From contig NC_087252.1 in the NCBI RefSeq assembly GCF_037042905.1, positions 10,356,001 to 10,420,000 on the forward strand: DNA of 64,000 nucleotides, given 5' to 3'. Shown piece by piece: positions 49,001 to 62,219 of this stretch. The notes under the pieces were generated by a model that searched no databases, had not been told where the DNA came from, and worked only from the letters and a program-made list of their open reading frames with translations. The stretch is from Lytechinus pictus. Taxonomy: Eukaryota. Numbering within the stretch: position 1 is the stretch's first letter; every line of letters begins with the position of its first letter. The position numbers and the translations under genes were made by a program.

Positions 49001-51459
49001 CGAGGAGTACGATGAATTGGGTAGGGTAATTCCCCAAATGTAGTAAGAGAAGAGTCAATTTGTAATGGAGGGGGATTTGGAGGTTTGAGGGAAATTATTA
49101 TTCCATTTGCAAAATTTTACAAAAATACTCATCATATATATTAAAGATTGAATCATCAAAATATATTTTTCATATACTTTAAAATTAATTGTAGTGATAA
49201 AGAAATGAAATTTTGAGGCTATTTTCTTGAATTGATTAATATCAATTCCCTTCGGATAACGGTACTGTCTGGTTAATTTTCATCAACTCGTATCAAACAA
49301 GTACGATGAATTCGGCTTTGAAAAGACCTGGAAAGCTCTTCATTGTCCCCTGAAGTAATAATTCTGGGTGATATTCAACATTTATTGATAGTTTCACATG
49401 ATTTATACTAGAGAGATGTCCTACTGCTTTTGGAATTCATTAAAAAAGTCGGCACTTTAGCATTCAGTTTAGCAGGAATGGGAAGATTTCTTCCCCGGTT
49501 CTGGCGGCCTAGATGTCTGCTCTATAGTGCTCTCACTGCTGGGGATGATTGAGTGTGCGTGCAGTGTGATTGAGGCTGAGCTGTGCACATCGTGAAGTGA
49601 TTTACGATGGGACTTTTGTGGAATGATTTCAACTTCTTATCTATAGATCTATTTGAATTTTAGATTAGATTGATTTATGAATAAGTTTTCTATATTTGTG
49701 GAATGTTACATGTACACTTCCATTTTATGACACTTTAATTTTAAAGGGTACTGTTTGGCAAAAACAATGTTACTTAGGAAGAGAAGTCTGAATTGATGTC
49801 AACTTTTTTTTTTATTTCTCTTAGTCTACAATTTGGTAGTTTTGTCAGGAAACTCAACATAAAACAATGAATTATTTTAGAAGTGGAAAGGAAGCCCCAG
49901 AAAAATGGAGCCCTAAAAATGTTCACCAGAAATGATTTTGGTGCCCCTGAAATAATTTTTTCTCGACAGATCTTCACTTTGATAAGTGCCGGAGTAGGTT
50001 GCACAACAAAATGAAAGGCCTACTTGTCATTTTTAGAAAAATTTGCCTAGGTGCCCATTTGACTAGAATAAAAGTGGCCTTCATGCCCTTTAGAATGGCC
50101 TTGATACCCCTTGAAATTTTGGGGCATCCAAGGCCACTTTGCCGGTTGCCCCAAGCTGGAAGTGCCCATTTAAAAATGGCCTTGCCCCTCTCAATTCTTA
50201 ATTCAAGCCCTGCTACTGACTTAATTAAAGTTGGTAGATTATATCAAACGGCCCAAGACTAAGGGTCCAATTTGTAACACTCCGTTACTTAGCCCAGACT
50301 AGGCCTAGAGATTAACTTTTTTTTAATTGTTCACTGCATACATACTTTTTGCATTGGATGTTTGTCGCATGTGGTTTTAACGTTCGTTTTAACACATTCC
50401 TTTTTTTTGTTGGAAATTCCTTTTTTTTGGCCATAATGATTCCTTTTTTTGCTTGCACAAGGTTGGCAGCTCTGCACTCACACTATTGCGAGGTTAGTAT
50501 ATGCTATACGAACCTCGCACAACCAACGTGTTTTTGTAGTGGATTTTAGAGTTGTCGTTAACATCGCTTCATAACGTGAATGATGTTAGCTGAAACCCAT
50601 TCCGCTACTCACCAGGGCTTTTTCTGGTAGAAAGCGTTCCATTATCAATTTTTAACATATTTTTTTAATTGAAAAAGGACACAAAAAAGAGCAAAATCGC
50701 TTAATTCCGCCTGGAAAGTGGCTTCGCATGTCTCTTCCACGGAAATAAAAGGAAGGTCGTTGGCGGTGCTAATACAGTTCGCAACCTTAATTCAGCTTGG
50801 TGGTATTTTTTAAACTAGATTCATGATTCATTGTATGCGCAAATCCAATAATTGTTTGATAAAATAGAGACCCCAATAAATGCAATAACTTAAAAAACAT
50901 ACTTTTTTATTATTTTTGCTGACGATTAGGCCCTATACTTTTTGAAAAATATTCAAAACGATGACAAATTAAACAAAAAATATAGAAAATTCTATGTACC
51001 TTGAACAAAGCCCTGCAAGTGCTACCGTTCGTTTGTCAATTAACGTTCCACCAAAGTCTTTACAGTAAAAAGATTGAACACTTTGCCGACTTTGCGTAAT
51101 GCTTTGCATCGATTTAGGTGTAAGATAATTTCTGTGTCTAGTCTTTCAATTGTAGGCCTAGTATCTTTGATATGAAGATAAATCGCGCGCCCTCTTTCGC
51201 TCATTAGAAGAAAAATTTGAGAGCTAGAAAGATGGCTCTTGTATTTTGTCAACGAGAAGAAAAATCAACGCTTAAATGACGCATTTTGAGGGATATTCAT
51301 CAAATTATGAGGAACCGACTTCACATCGTTTCGTAAGTTTCGTAGGAGGACTTCATTCTGTAAGTCCTCGTATTAATTTTTCGTAAATTAACGTTATTTG
51401 TTGAATGCGCCGTGCCTTCAATTATTCTGTAGTCGGCGGCTGAGATGTAGCCATGGGTG

Positions 51460-51890
51460 GGCCGAAAATGGATAGTTATGGTTGCAAAATGACGCCAAAA
51501 TGCGATAGAATAATAAAAGTAGAAGAGAGTTTACTTACATCTGTTGACATCGCCATCTTGGATCCATTGTTATTGCAACCTAGTTACGTGACGCGTATAG
51601 AGGGCGGCAAAATCATGAGCGGTGCTAGATTAAAAAGTGCTAAAATGTCCCGCTTCAACTTGCGAGTTGAAGCAGTTGAGGCGAGTTGAAGTTGAAGCGG
51701 GACATTTTAGCACTTTTTAATCTAGCACCGCTCATGATTTTGCCGCCCTCTATATGCGTCACGTAACTAGGTTGCAATAACAATGGATCCAAGATGGCGA
51801 TGTCAACAGATGTAAGTAAACTCAATTCTACTTTTATTATTCTATCGCATTTTGGCGTCATTTTGCAACCATAACTATCCATTTTCGGCC
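51460..51890. repeat. Near-perfect palindrome with about 200-bp arms and short spacer
   Basis: 51460-51661 is the reverse complement of 51688-51890, giving mirror-image ORFs on the two strands. Confidence 0.92.
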
Positions 51891-52900
51891 AAACGTTGCC
51901 AACCGATATTTTTACCCATGTACAGAAGTGTTAACCTCAGATTCTAAGCATAACTAGCAGTTTGGCGCATTTTTATAGAATTTGCCTTTTTCTTTGGTGT
52001 GTGGAAGCCTATATACGGCCGCGCCAGGCTTCATGCGGGAGTAATCATACGTATAGTAGATTACTTTTACTCCCCAGAAGCCTCCAGGCTAGACATGATG
52101 GACATGACAGACTGCGCTGACGCAGAGCAAAATCGCTTACCTCTGCCTGGAAACTGGGTTCGCATATTCCTTCCACGGAGATATGAGGAAGTTCGATGGA
52201 GGTGCTAATAAAATTCACAACCCTAATTCAGCTCATCGCGTTGGTAATTATAACTGTGACATTGTAATTGTATCAATCAATCAATTAATTTTAGAAAGTC
52301 ATGTGGAAAAATTTACAAACAAAGTTTCATCAATTTTTAGTAAAATGTTAGGAATTATTATAGAGAACAAAATAGAAGATGATTACAACTATTGAATTCA
52401 TATTTTTAGCGTAATCCAAAGACAAAAAAGAAGGCTTCAAAAATATAAAGTGTCCGGACACCCGACCCCCCCCCCCCCCCATCCTACAGCAGAGCAGAGC
52501 TGAGGCGCTGGTCAGAAAAGTGGGATCGTCCCAGTTTACAGGGACTGTCTCAGATTTCAAAGATTTCTCCACACAAGAAATCTAGGAAAGTTCATTCACC
52601 TGTCAAGTGCCGACATCAATCGAGTGCGCTAGTCAATGTAAACATATCAGGTTTCATAACAAGATTATTGGAAGACGGCAAGTCAGTCGTGAAAAATAGA
52701 CTGTGCACTGGGGGGAATCGAGGTTACTGAATCTATTCTTAGCACTCTCAATCCTGTAATTGCCGTCCATGTCCCGCAGGGGTAAGTGAAGAGAAACTGT
52801 CCCCATAAACAAGGACAATCTCAATTTATCAAGACATGATTTGTCTTGGTTTATGAGGATATCCTTGTTTTCTGGGACAATCACTATTTTTGGACCGGCG

Positions 52901-55338
52901 CACAGTGGGCCAGGAGAGAGCAAAAGTGCGCCAAAACTGGTTTTTGGTCATGAAACAAATTTTGTTTTTTTCATGTTCTAAGCAAAGATAAGAACCTGTA
53001 GAATGCCTCCGTACAATATTTCTCCATTAAATTGAATATTAGTTGCCCATTTTTATTCAATGTTACCGGAAAATGACTCTTTACGGCTACCGCATGTGTA
53101 AATGACACGTTTTAGATATTTCACTGTTTTGACAAAACGAATTGCTTAATTTATTTCTAATTCACGGTGCTTTTTGATGAATAATTGTTTTAAAGGCCAC
53201 CGCACACCTTACGACCCGACTGGTCAGCGACTGGCTTGCGACTGAGAGAGGGGAGATGAATCGCAAGGCAGTCATAAGCCTCGATACCGCACACCTTGCG
53301 ATCCGATCTGCGACTCACGCATGCGCTTTTTGCTTTTTGGCATTGCAACTGAGAAAGTGCGCTTACTACTGCGTATGCGCGTTGTTTATCATAATACGCA
53401 TCGTGCAACTCTGCTGTGTGATTGGCTGGAAGTTGGATTGAGCTTGCGATCCAGTCATAAGGATTCGACATGTCAAATCCTTCCGATTTTCCTTGCGACT
53501 TGTCTCTGACTGGTCTGCGACGCACAAGCTGACAAGAGCCGTGACGTCACATCTCCCCTCACTCAGTCGCAAGCCAGTCGCCGACCAGTCGGGTCGTAAG
53601 GTGTGCGGTGGCCTTAAGTGATCAAATATTTTTAAGATAAAATGATAATCCCTTCAGAGGCAATTTTGGACGAAACCATTTGACAATGGGGGTGTTTTAG
53701 CATTTTTTTTTTCATGAGCATTTCTTTTACAAATTGCTGCCGATTGCTGCGCTGTAAATACCATGGCGGTCTTTGTTATAGTTCATGCTTTACACTGATA
53801 CCAAATTTAGCTGCATATACGTGCATTTTCTGGAGATATAACCAATTTTTCAACCACATGTTCGCCGTATTTATCACAAAAATCGGTCCAAGTTACTGTC
53901 CCATTATATGCGCGTGCATGCCGAACGTTGCGGGTGACATTAAACATCAAACTCCCCGTCGCGTTCTGGGAGAGAGAGAGAGAGGGGGGGGGGGTGTACC
54001 GTGTCTAGCTGGCTCATGTGTGTGGCTCTTGTGACTGGTGTCTACCTTTAAAATATTTTCGTTAAACATACGTAAAGGCAAGCTTTCATTTCCAATTCCA
54101 CTAACTATATAATAATACATGTAACGCAACTTCATTTTGATGCCAAACTGTTCCATCCCGTGTTCCATATTTGATATGCTGTCATACTGAGAAGATTAAT
54201 TCTTAAGGTAAGATTCCCGGGTAAGATTATATATTTGGTTTGTTGTTCATAAACCAAGTAGAGGCTACTGTATATCGCTATAACACACATGACTAGGGAT
54301 GTGATAGGTCTCTCGCAGTTTTCTGACAAAATATGAAAATGTGTATAGGACACAGATGGGATATACGTGGCCTCTATTACATGTATAAATTGCATTATCA
54401 TTATTAGTATTTATCCCCCAAAAGGGTTTGTAACTTCACATACACGTATGAATTCGTTTATCTCTTGGTTCATTCTAAATTTGCTATAATTGTTGGTATC
54501 GATCAAGAAGGAAGTGTATATTATTATTTCAATGATTGTTTGGTTTATGATTCTCATTGACTTTATATGTGTTCCACATGCTAATGGTAACAGGTGACAT
54601 TGTGATTAGGAGCAAGTTTTTAAGAGTACAACAATCACAGCCTCTTCCCCCTGATGTTCAAAGTATGCTAAAAAGATCTTCTCACCAAAGACACAATAGT
54701 TGTTGAGATAGTAGAGAGAGACTCTGATTCGGAATAACTTTGTATACGCCGTTCTTGGTAGGCCTTGTAGGGCCTTGTACTGATTAACCTGCAGAGGACC
54801 CGGCCTCTAATCACTGGAATCATTATTTTAAAGATTTCACTGTCCACTTCTGGTATCAATCCATTTTAATTCATGTAGGTGTGGTTAATCATTGTACACA
54901 GGGAATAAAAATACTCCTTTTCATTTTTTTTTTTACAATTTCACTTTGAATTTTACAATTCCGGATTCATGGTAGGACGCCCTCTTTAAGCGATACTCAG
55001 GTCACCAATTGAATTATTTGTACCCCGAGCACAGACTTTTCTGGTTTGGTTGCCTGTTTGTGTGTTTGCTGTTTGCTGATACGCTTAATTATTGCTGAAA
55101 TTTATCTAAAACTAGTTTCTGAAAATTTGAAACTTATTGTAGAATTAGAAACATGTAATTTCTGCTCAAATGTTAACAGCCAATCAGAAAACAGTATTTT
55201 AACGACGTCATCAATATTTGAAAATACTTTTATTGAATTCTACGGACCGGTGAAATTACCCCTATCTACCAAATTTAATCATACAAATGTGTGAATAATG
55301 GGTTTTGGCGCACTTTGGGTTCATTCTGGCCCACTGTG
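52901..55338. mobile_element. Non-autonomous Transib DNA transposon with RSS-like TIRs
   Basis: CACAGTG at both ends, about 38-bp TIRs, 5-bp GC-rich TSD CGGCG at 52896-52900 and 55339-55343. Confidence 0.85.
53194..53614. mobile_element. Harbinger-like MITE nested in the Transib element
   Basis: AGGCCACCGCACACCTTACGACCCGACTGG TIR of about 65 bp, TAA TSD. Confidence 0.8.
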
Positions 55339-56253
55339 CGGCGCCTCTACAGTTGTATGCAAAATTTCTATGATTGTTTGATGAAATATCAATATGGACA
55401 CCAATAAATGCAATATCTTCAAAAACATTCTTTAATATTATTATCACTGATAACACTTTTTGGATATCATTTAAAGCGATGACAAATCAAACCCAAAAAT
55501 AGAAAATTCTACGTGCCTTGAACGAAGCCAGCAGTGCGAGCCTTTGTTCGTTTGTCAACAAACGTCCATCAAAGTCTACAATAAAAAGATTGGACACTTT
55601 GCCGACATTGCGTAACGCTTGGCATCGATTTGCGTAGTGTCTTTGTTATGAATATAAATCGCACACCCTCCTTAGTAAATTAGTCTGCACAAAAGTCTGA
55701 AGCACCGACATCAACTGCGAGGACAAATATTTTTTATTTAAACGTCAAGTCCAAAAAAAGGCACAAAAGAGACTTTACATCAATTGGTTAGTGCAATGAA
55801 ACAATTTGATTAGATTTGATATTTCGTCAAAGTATCAAATTTTGCGCAATCCCATGGAAGTGTTTCGTCTGGACTCCTGAATCTCCAAAAAAGTGGAAGG
55901 ATCAGCTGAGAGAGAGAGAGTTGCATGCATCGTGCCTTGATTTTTACTGTGCACGGCGACAATCTCAATCTATCAAGACATGATTTGTCTCAGTTTATGA
56001 GGATATCCTTGGACCAGCACCTCCACTGATAGAATTGTAGGTTCTGCGATATTTGCTCTGCTGGAAATTCCACACATTAATGGAATGACCAACTTCAACC
56101 CCGAATTTAACACTATACCCTGGTATCCTGAACCTAACCCTAAACCTAACATAAAACCCTCTTGCAATCCTTACCCTATAAAGCCCAGAACAAATGTTAT
56201 GTCACCAGATTGCAATATTATCTGCTTCTCACTCTCATCCCAGACACAGCACG

Positions 56254-56491
56254 ATGGGCGTACTTCAGCGGTTGGACTCCGCCCTTGACTTTGAAGGAAT
56301 TGGCATTCCCATGTCTGTCCTTGCCAGTTTCCTAGGTTGGTTCTCTCTGTACTGCGTCCTGTGCTTGGCAAACTCTAAACGAAGCTATGAGTGGCATTGT
56401 CGAGTGGTCACGGGTGTTCATGCTGTTGTCATCTCGACCCTCAGTTACGTCTTTGGGATGTACTACAATCCTTGGTTCATAACAAATCCAG
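56254..56491 (+). CDS. TLCD5: TLC domain-containing protein 5 (TMEM136), coding exon 1
   Basis: GWFSLY...RSYEWHCRVVTGVHAV...PWFITNPG matches TLCD5 RSYEWSCRLVTFTHG...PWPFTHPG; upstream acceptor at 56243 implies a 5' UTR exon; G|gtgagg donor. Confidence 0.92.
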
Positions 56492-57231
56492 GTGAGGCGT
56501 GATAGGCATGTGTGATGGTACAAGGTGTCATATATGGCAAAAAAAAGATGAATAGGGCATCTCTCTTTTTACCGAATCTTTCTCCATTGCATGAAGAATA
56601 TTTGCTATGTTTGTACAACGCAAAAAATTTACCAAAAAATATGAATATTAAATAATGTTACATTTCTACCGATCTTTAGAATTATTTGTTGCGAGCTTCA
56701 TCCACTCCTGTGGACATTCTCAAGTCACATTTTCAGCCACACACAAGTTTTTAGAAGTTTAAACATGATTTATTTTATCATACCCAACTGATAAAAGTTT
56801 TCTATATCAAAATATTTTAAATCATTGATTTCTTACCAATAGTTTATAAGTAGTTAATTGTTTCCGGTTTTTCCATGAAGAAAAATGAGGAACATACTGT
56901 TACAGTAAAATCCCTGAGAACTTTACCACTGATTCAAGCGCACATCGTTTTACATCAGATTTAGCTAAGAGTCCTACACAAAAATTCCAATCACAATAGA
57001 AAGAAAGATGAATAAACTGTCTCTCTTTCATCAAATGTGAAATGCACACAAAGAGGAATATTTGCTCTTTGTGTTATACAACGCCTAGAAAAAGATAGTA
57101 AAAATATGAGTACTTTGGAGAAGAATTGATAATTAGCTTTGTTCATCCATGCAAAAAATGAAGAAACATATTATTGAACATAAAGTCCCTGAGCAGCATG
57201 CATACTTAAAAGCGGAGATTCAAGAGCACAT

Positions 57232-57500
57232 CAGGGCCTCGTCTTACAAAGGGTTACAATTGATCCAATCAACCTCAAGTATATGGAAATCTATCAATGT
57301 CTTAATTTTGTCTAAATTTGGACAATGTCCTTTGAAAACAAAGAGAAGCATACTGAATTGTCAAGAAAACAGTGAATGTATGAATATACATCATATCTAG
57401 AGAATATTTTGAGCAAACTTGTATTTTGGATGTTGACGTTGCTGGCTTTCCATAGTTGTGGTTGATTGGATCAATCATAACTCTTTGTAAGACAGGGGCC
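57232..57500. mobile_element. Harbinger-like MITE
   Basis: GTCTTACAAAG.GTTA..ATTGATCCAATC mirrored by GATTGGATCAAT..TAAC.CTTTGTAAGAC. Confidence 0.65.
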
Positions 57501-57791
57501 ACAACTGTGGCCCCTAGCTCATAATTTCAGTCACAAAATTTTCACAGAAAATTTCAAACCACAGAATTTAAACCACAATTCTATGGAATGCTGGGTAATT
57601 CATCCATATTTGTGGCAAATATAATGTATCAATTAAGTCACCCAAATTCATTACTTATATTTTTTTTCCCATTTCAGGGCTCAAATCATTTTTTGATAAC
57701 TTTTTGCAGCAGATTAAGAATTATTTTTTATTGGTGGATGAGTTTACCATTGGCACTCCATAAAAGTGTGGTCTAGTTAACCCAGGTTTAA

Positions 57792-58393
57792 AGGTCAAGT
57801 CCACCCCAGAAAATTGTTGATTAGAATAAACAGAGAAAAATCAAACTAGCATTATGCTGAAAACCTCATCAAAATCGGATGTAAAATAAGAAAGTTATGG
57901 CAATTTAAAGTGTTGCTTATTTTTCCCAAAACAGTTCTATGCTCACCTCAGTGATATGCAAATGAGAGAGTTGATGATGTCACTCACTCACTATTTCTTT
58001 TGTTTTTATTGTTTTAATTATACAATATTTCATTTTTTACGGATATGACAATCATGACCATCTTGTTTGAACCACAAAATGTTAAAACAATCAAACCCCA
58101 CATGTTCAGGTAGAAATAAAACTTTGTTTCACAGGACATTGAGGAGAAAATTCCAATATTTCATATTTCATATAATAAAATACAAAAGAAATAGTGAGTG
58201 AGTGATGTCATCGGTCCCCTCATTTGCATACTGACCAGGATGTGCATATAACCGTGTGGTGAAATTTAGCAAAACTTTAAAATGTCATAACTTTCTAATT
58301 TCAGATCCGATTTTGATGAAATTTTCAGTGTTATTCTTGTTTGATTTTTCTCTTTCTATTCAAATCATCTTTTTGTTGGGGTGGACTTGTCCT
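57792..58393. mobile_element. Kolobok-like MITE in a TLCD5 intron
   Basis: TTAA TSD at 57788-57791 and 58394-58397; same family as 807-1410, in opposite orientation. Confidence 0.85.
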
Positions 58394-58488
58394 TTAACTA
58401 TCAGCATACCACCTATTAAGTCTACATGGGTGTAATTATAAAATGGATCACTTTTTTTATGTTATACCCCCCCCCCCCCCCCCCCCAG

Positions 58489-58709
58489 GTGGACGTAACA
58501 ACAATCTTGAGATCCTCACTCTGGTGATATGCATGGGGTATTTCCTGTTTGATTTCTGCTGGTGCCTCTGGTTTCGGGAGGAAGTCTTCATGATCGCCCA
58601 TCATTTCTTGACCATTGTCTGCGTCACTGCATCGCTTGCCTTAGGGATATCCGGGACGGAGGTCGGGGCGGCCATCTTTGGGTCAGAGGTCAGCAATCCC
58701 ATGCTACAG
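58489..58709 (+). CDS. TLCD5: TLCD5 coding exon 2
   Basis: GYFLFD, MIAHH, SGTEV, FGSEVSNPMLQ TLC motifs; poly-C/cag acceptor, CAG|gtatta donor; phase 1-0. Confidence 0.93.
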
Positions 58710-58857
58710 GTATTATTCTACGTTTTGTCATATCCTGTATCAACCCTAACTCGGATGGGCTATTTTTATAGATTAACAAGGGGGGAAAGAGAACAGAAAT
58801 GTGCAAGAAAAGTGATCTAGATATGAAGCATATACCGTAGTCCCTTGCAGTGACTTA

Positions 58858-60727
58858 TACCTTGGTCACATTTGCTCTACGGCGGCCGTAGATACCTGAA
58901 TTCGAGAGATTTCTGCGGCAGCCGCAGAAAATCTGCGGTGGCCGCAGGGTCGACGTACGGCGGATTCCTAATTGTACAGACCGTAGGGGTGGCCGTAGAA
59001 TTTTAACTCGGAGTTATAACATTTTTTCTTTTCTACGCTCGCCGTAGAAATTAGACTAGCCGTAGGCATGGCGTAGAACGGTCTACGGCGGCCGTACGTC
59101 GAGCGTACGGTGGCCGTGCGGCTGCCCTCGTGTTTTTCTTCCCTCCTTTCCCCTTCTCCTTTTGTGTGATCTGCTCGGGAGCCACCAGGCGCGTGTTTAG
59201 AATATTGCACCTCGGGGGCCCGACCTATAATTTTGGCCCATATGCATGTGTACTTTTCAAAAAAAAATGGCGACCCTTCCTTGTCAGGCAAACAGGTGCC
59301 ATAAATGCATGATGAATTATCTTATTTCATTATCATATGAAAAAGGGCAACTGCAGACCACTTTTTTAATAATGACTTGATAAAAAGTAATCTATCCATG
59401 AATATGATGTAATTTAAAGAACAAATGTGACCAGGAAGCACAGATATTGCCCTTTCACCAGCGGCTAACTTGGGTAAAATATGACGTTATTATCATTATT
59501 ATTAGTATTATCATGGGGAGTTAAATGCTGATTTTTGTTGTTTCCTAGGGTGTAGTTCTTACTTAAGACTAACGCGTTTATTAACATCTTAACTTTATTC
59601 ATACAAACAAGTTAACATGGTTAAGGGAGATTTATTTCATAAGTCCAAATAAATAATGCGAACGTGATATTTGATAGCTGAAAATAGAATATTCTGAGAA
59701 GTTTTGTAAGCATGAGCAGGATGGGTATCTCTCTATATGTCAGGGTGAGCTGAAAATTGTCTATATTCTAAAATGACCCAAAGTTTGGAAATTCTAAGCA
59801 TTATTGGCAATCATGAACAGGATGGGCACTTAAAAATTATTCGATCCGAGCGCGAAGCGCAAGCTGAACCTTTTTTATATTCCGTTCCAAAACTAGACAT
59901 TCTACACAATTTAGGTAATCACTAGGTAATCATTAACAGGATGTCCATCTAACTAATCATTCGATGCGAGCGCGAAGCGCGAATCACCCCAAAGTTCGAT
60001 ATGCCCCCCCCCCCCCTCCTAGGTCAAACATTACTGATCATATATATTCAGATCAGTGTCAAACATTAATTTGGCGAACCCCCCCCCCTTCCTAGGTCGA
60101 ACATCAATTTGCCCCCCCCCCCCACACACACTTTTATTACTCCCCCTTTCCCCTTTTCTCTTCTCTCCTTTTCTCTTCTTCTTGTTTCCTTCTATCTTTC
60201 TTTTCTCCCTTTTCTCTTTCTCTTCTTTCCCCTCCTTTTTTATCTCCCTTTTCTTTTCCCTTCTTTCCTCCCTCTTTCTGGCGCCCCCTTTTCCCCGACC
60301 CCCCCCCCCCCCCTCCCTCCCAACCAGAATACGGGCATGGGCATGGTGCGACACTTTGAAAACTTTCTGAAATGAAATGTCTAATGTAAAATATCAGTGT
60401 GACAGGCAATTCATGGTATACTCACTGTATAGTCCCCCTGCGGCCGCCGTGAGGGCGCCTTGCAGCCACCTTGCGTCTGCCGTAGTATTTGTCAAAAACC
60501 TACGGCCAGCGCAGGGTCGCCCTACTGCGACCGTACGTCATGATTTCAAGGACATGCGTCAGCCGCAGATTTTTTTCTCCATAAATTAAAAAATACGCCG
60601 TGCGGCGACCGTAACATATGTGACCGCTAGAGTAAATGGCCGTGGAAATTCTGCGGCGACCGTAGAATTGCTACTCGCCGTAGAAATTTTAGAATCTACG
60701 GCGGCCGTCGCAAATGTGACCAAGGTA
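58858..60727. mobile_element. Harbinger-like element (TACCTTGGTCACATTTGC TIR, TTA TSD) with nested hAT-like insert at about 59186-60345
   Basis: TIRs, TTA at 58855-58857 and 60728-60730, CTACGGCGGCCGTAG subrepeats; insert shares the GCGAGCGCGAAGCGCG motif. Confidence 0.75.
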
Positions 60728-60729
60728 TT

Positions 60730-61802
60730 AGTAATGCACAGTAATGTGCAAATCCTTCACTCAAGAAAAGTGATCTAAATATGAAGCATATAGTCCCTTG
60801 CAGTGACTTAGTAATGCACAGTAATGTGGAAATCCTTCACTCAAGAAAAGTGATGTAAATATGAAGCATATAGTCCCTTGCAGTGACTTTAATATTTCAG
60901 GAGGCTCTGCTATTGACATCAATGATTGGCCAGGCTCTGCCATCCCCTTCAGTTTGTGATCTGGGTGTCATTTTTTATAAGAATGTCAACATGCGCCGAC
61001 ACGTAAACATGGTTTGTCGCAAGGCCTCGTTTGCTCTGAGACGTATTGGAATGATTCGGTCGTACCTGAGTAAGAATGTGACTGAGATCCTTATTCGCGC
61101 TTTTGTATCTTCCCTTCTTGATAACTGTAACAGTCTCTTGTACGGAACCCCGGACAAAGATGTAGCAAAGCTCCAAAGAATCCATAATTCAGCCGCAAGA
61201 CTTACTCCAGATCCAAGAAACACAACCACATCACCCCAATCCTCAAAGAACTTCACTGGCTACCCATCAAATCACGAATTCGCTTCAAATTCCTTCTAAT
61301 AACATTTAATGCTGTCCATGGTCTTGCCCCTCAATATATTTCTAAACTTATTTCTCCATACACCCCCTCTAGGACACTTAGATCATCAACTCAACAACTC
61401 CTTCAAGTACCCAAACTAAGACGCATGGCGAAAGGTCCTCCTACAGTGCCCCAACCCTTTAGAATTCCCTCCCCAGTACTCTCCGATCAAAAAATAATCC
61501 TGGACTTTTAAAATCTCAACTTAAAACATTTCTCTTTAATGAAGCATTCAAATAGACCTTTTACAATACTTATATGCCATATGTAACTGATTAATGTTGA
61601 TGTTGTTTAAGTGTTATTCTAAGTAATTCCTTATGTTGTATTATTTTTATTTTTGTAAAGTGCATTGAGAGTCCTGTCAGGTCTGAAATGCGCTATAGAA
61701 GAACTGCATTATTATTAATAGTATTAATGCACAGTAATGTGCAAATCCTTCACTCAAGAAAAGTGATCTAAATATGAAGCATATAGTCCCTAGCAGTGAC
61801 TT
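60730..61802 (+). repeat. About 80-bp minisatellite (GTAATGCACAGTAATGTG...GCAGTGACTT) interrupted by an L2 fragment
   Basis: Units at about 60730-60810, 60811-60890 and 61725-61802, plus a partial unit at 58805-58857. Confidence 0.85.
60891..61722 (+). mobile_element. 5'-truncated L2 LINE (RT C-terminus and 3' tail)
   Basis: DLGVIF, AFVSSLLDNCNSLLYG, KLQRIHNSAARL, frameshifted HITPILKELHWLP; GCGCTATA...(ATT)n tail. Confidence 0.88.
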
Positions 61803-62219
61803 GTGCATGAATTGAAATAATAAATTGTATGTGTGCTAGTCTGTGTCAAGACCCACTTGCTGATCAAATTTTCAATTGGTGTCTGTGCCTGCAGACTGTG
61901 GGAGGTGGTCCCCCCCCCCCCCGGATTTCAGTCACCAAACCGCACAATTTTGCCGAAACAAATGTTACTCATGGCAAGATCAGGAAAATTTATTGAAATG
62001 TAAATCATCTTTATAGCCTTGGCATATCTACGAAAATATTAAGTTATCAAAATGAATTTCCTATATATTGTTTTATATTGTTTCTCATTTATCTGTTTGT
62101 CTTTCAAATTATTTATTAATTGGTCTCAAAGTTGCACAAAACTTGACAGAGTTACATTACTTGATGGTAAGATGTACAATTAGGATTCTAAAATGAAAGA
62201 ATCTGTGTATCATTCACAG

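Noticed and set aside
49240..49625. GC-richer segment that might be coding
   Set aside because: Stops in the frames examined and no recognisable motif; left unassigned
51453..51882. Two near-identical 75-78-aa ORFs on opposite strands
   Set aside because: Mirror images produced by the palindrome; no recognisable domain
60031..60409. Lys/Glu-rich and Phe/Ser-rich ORFs
   Set aside because: Polypyrimidine low-complexity tract of a hAT-like element end
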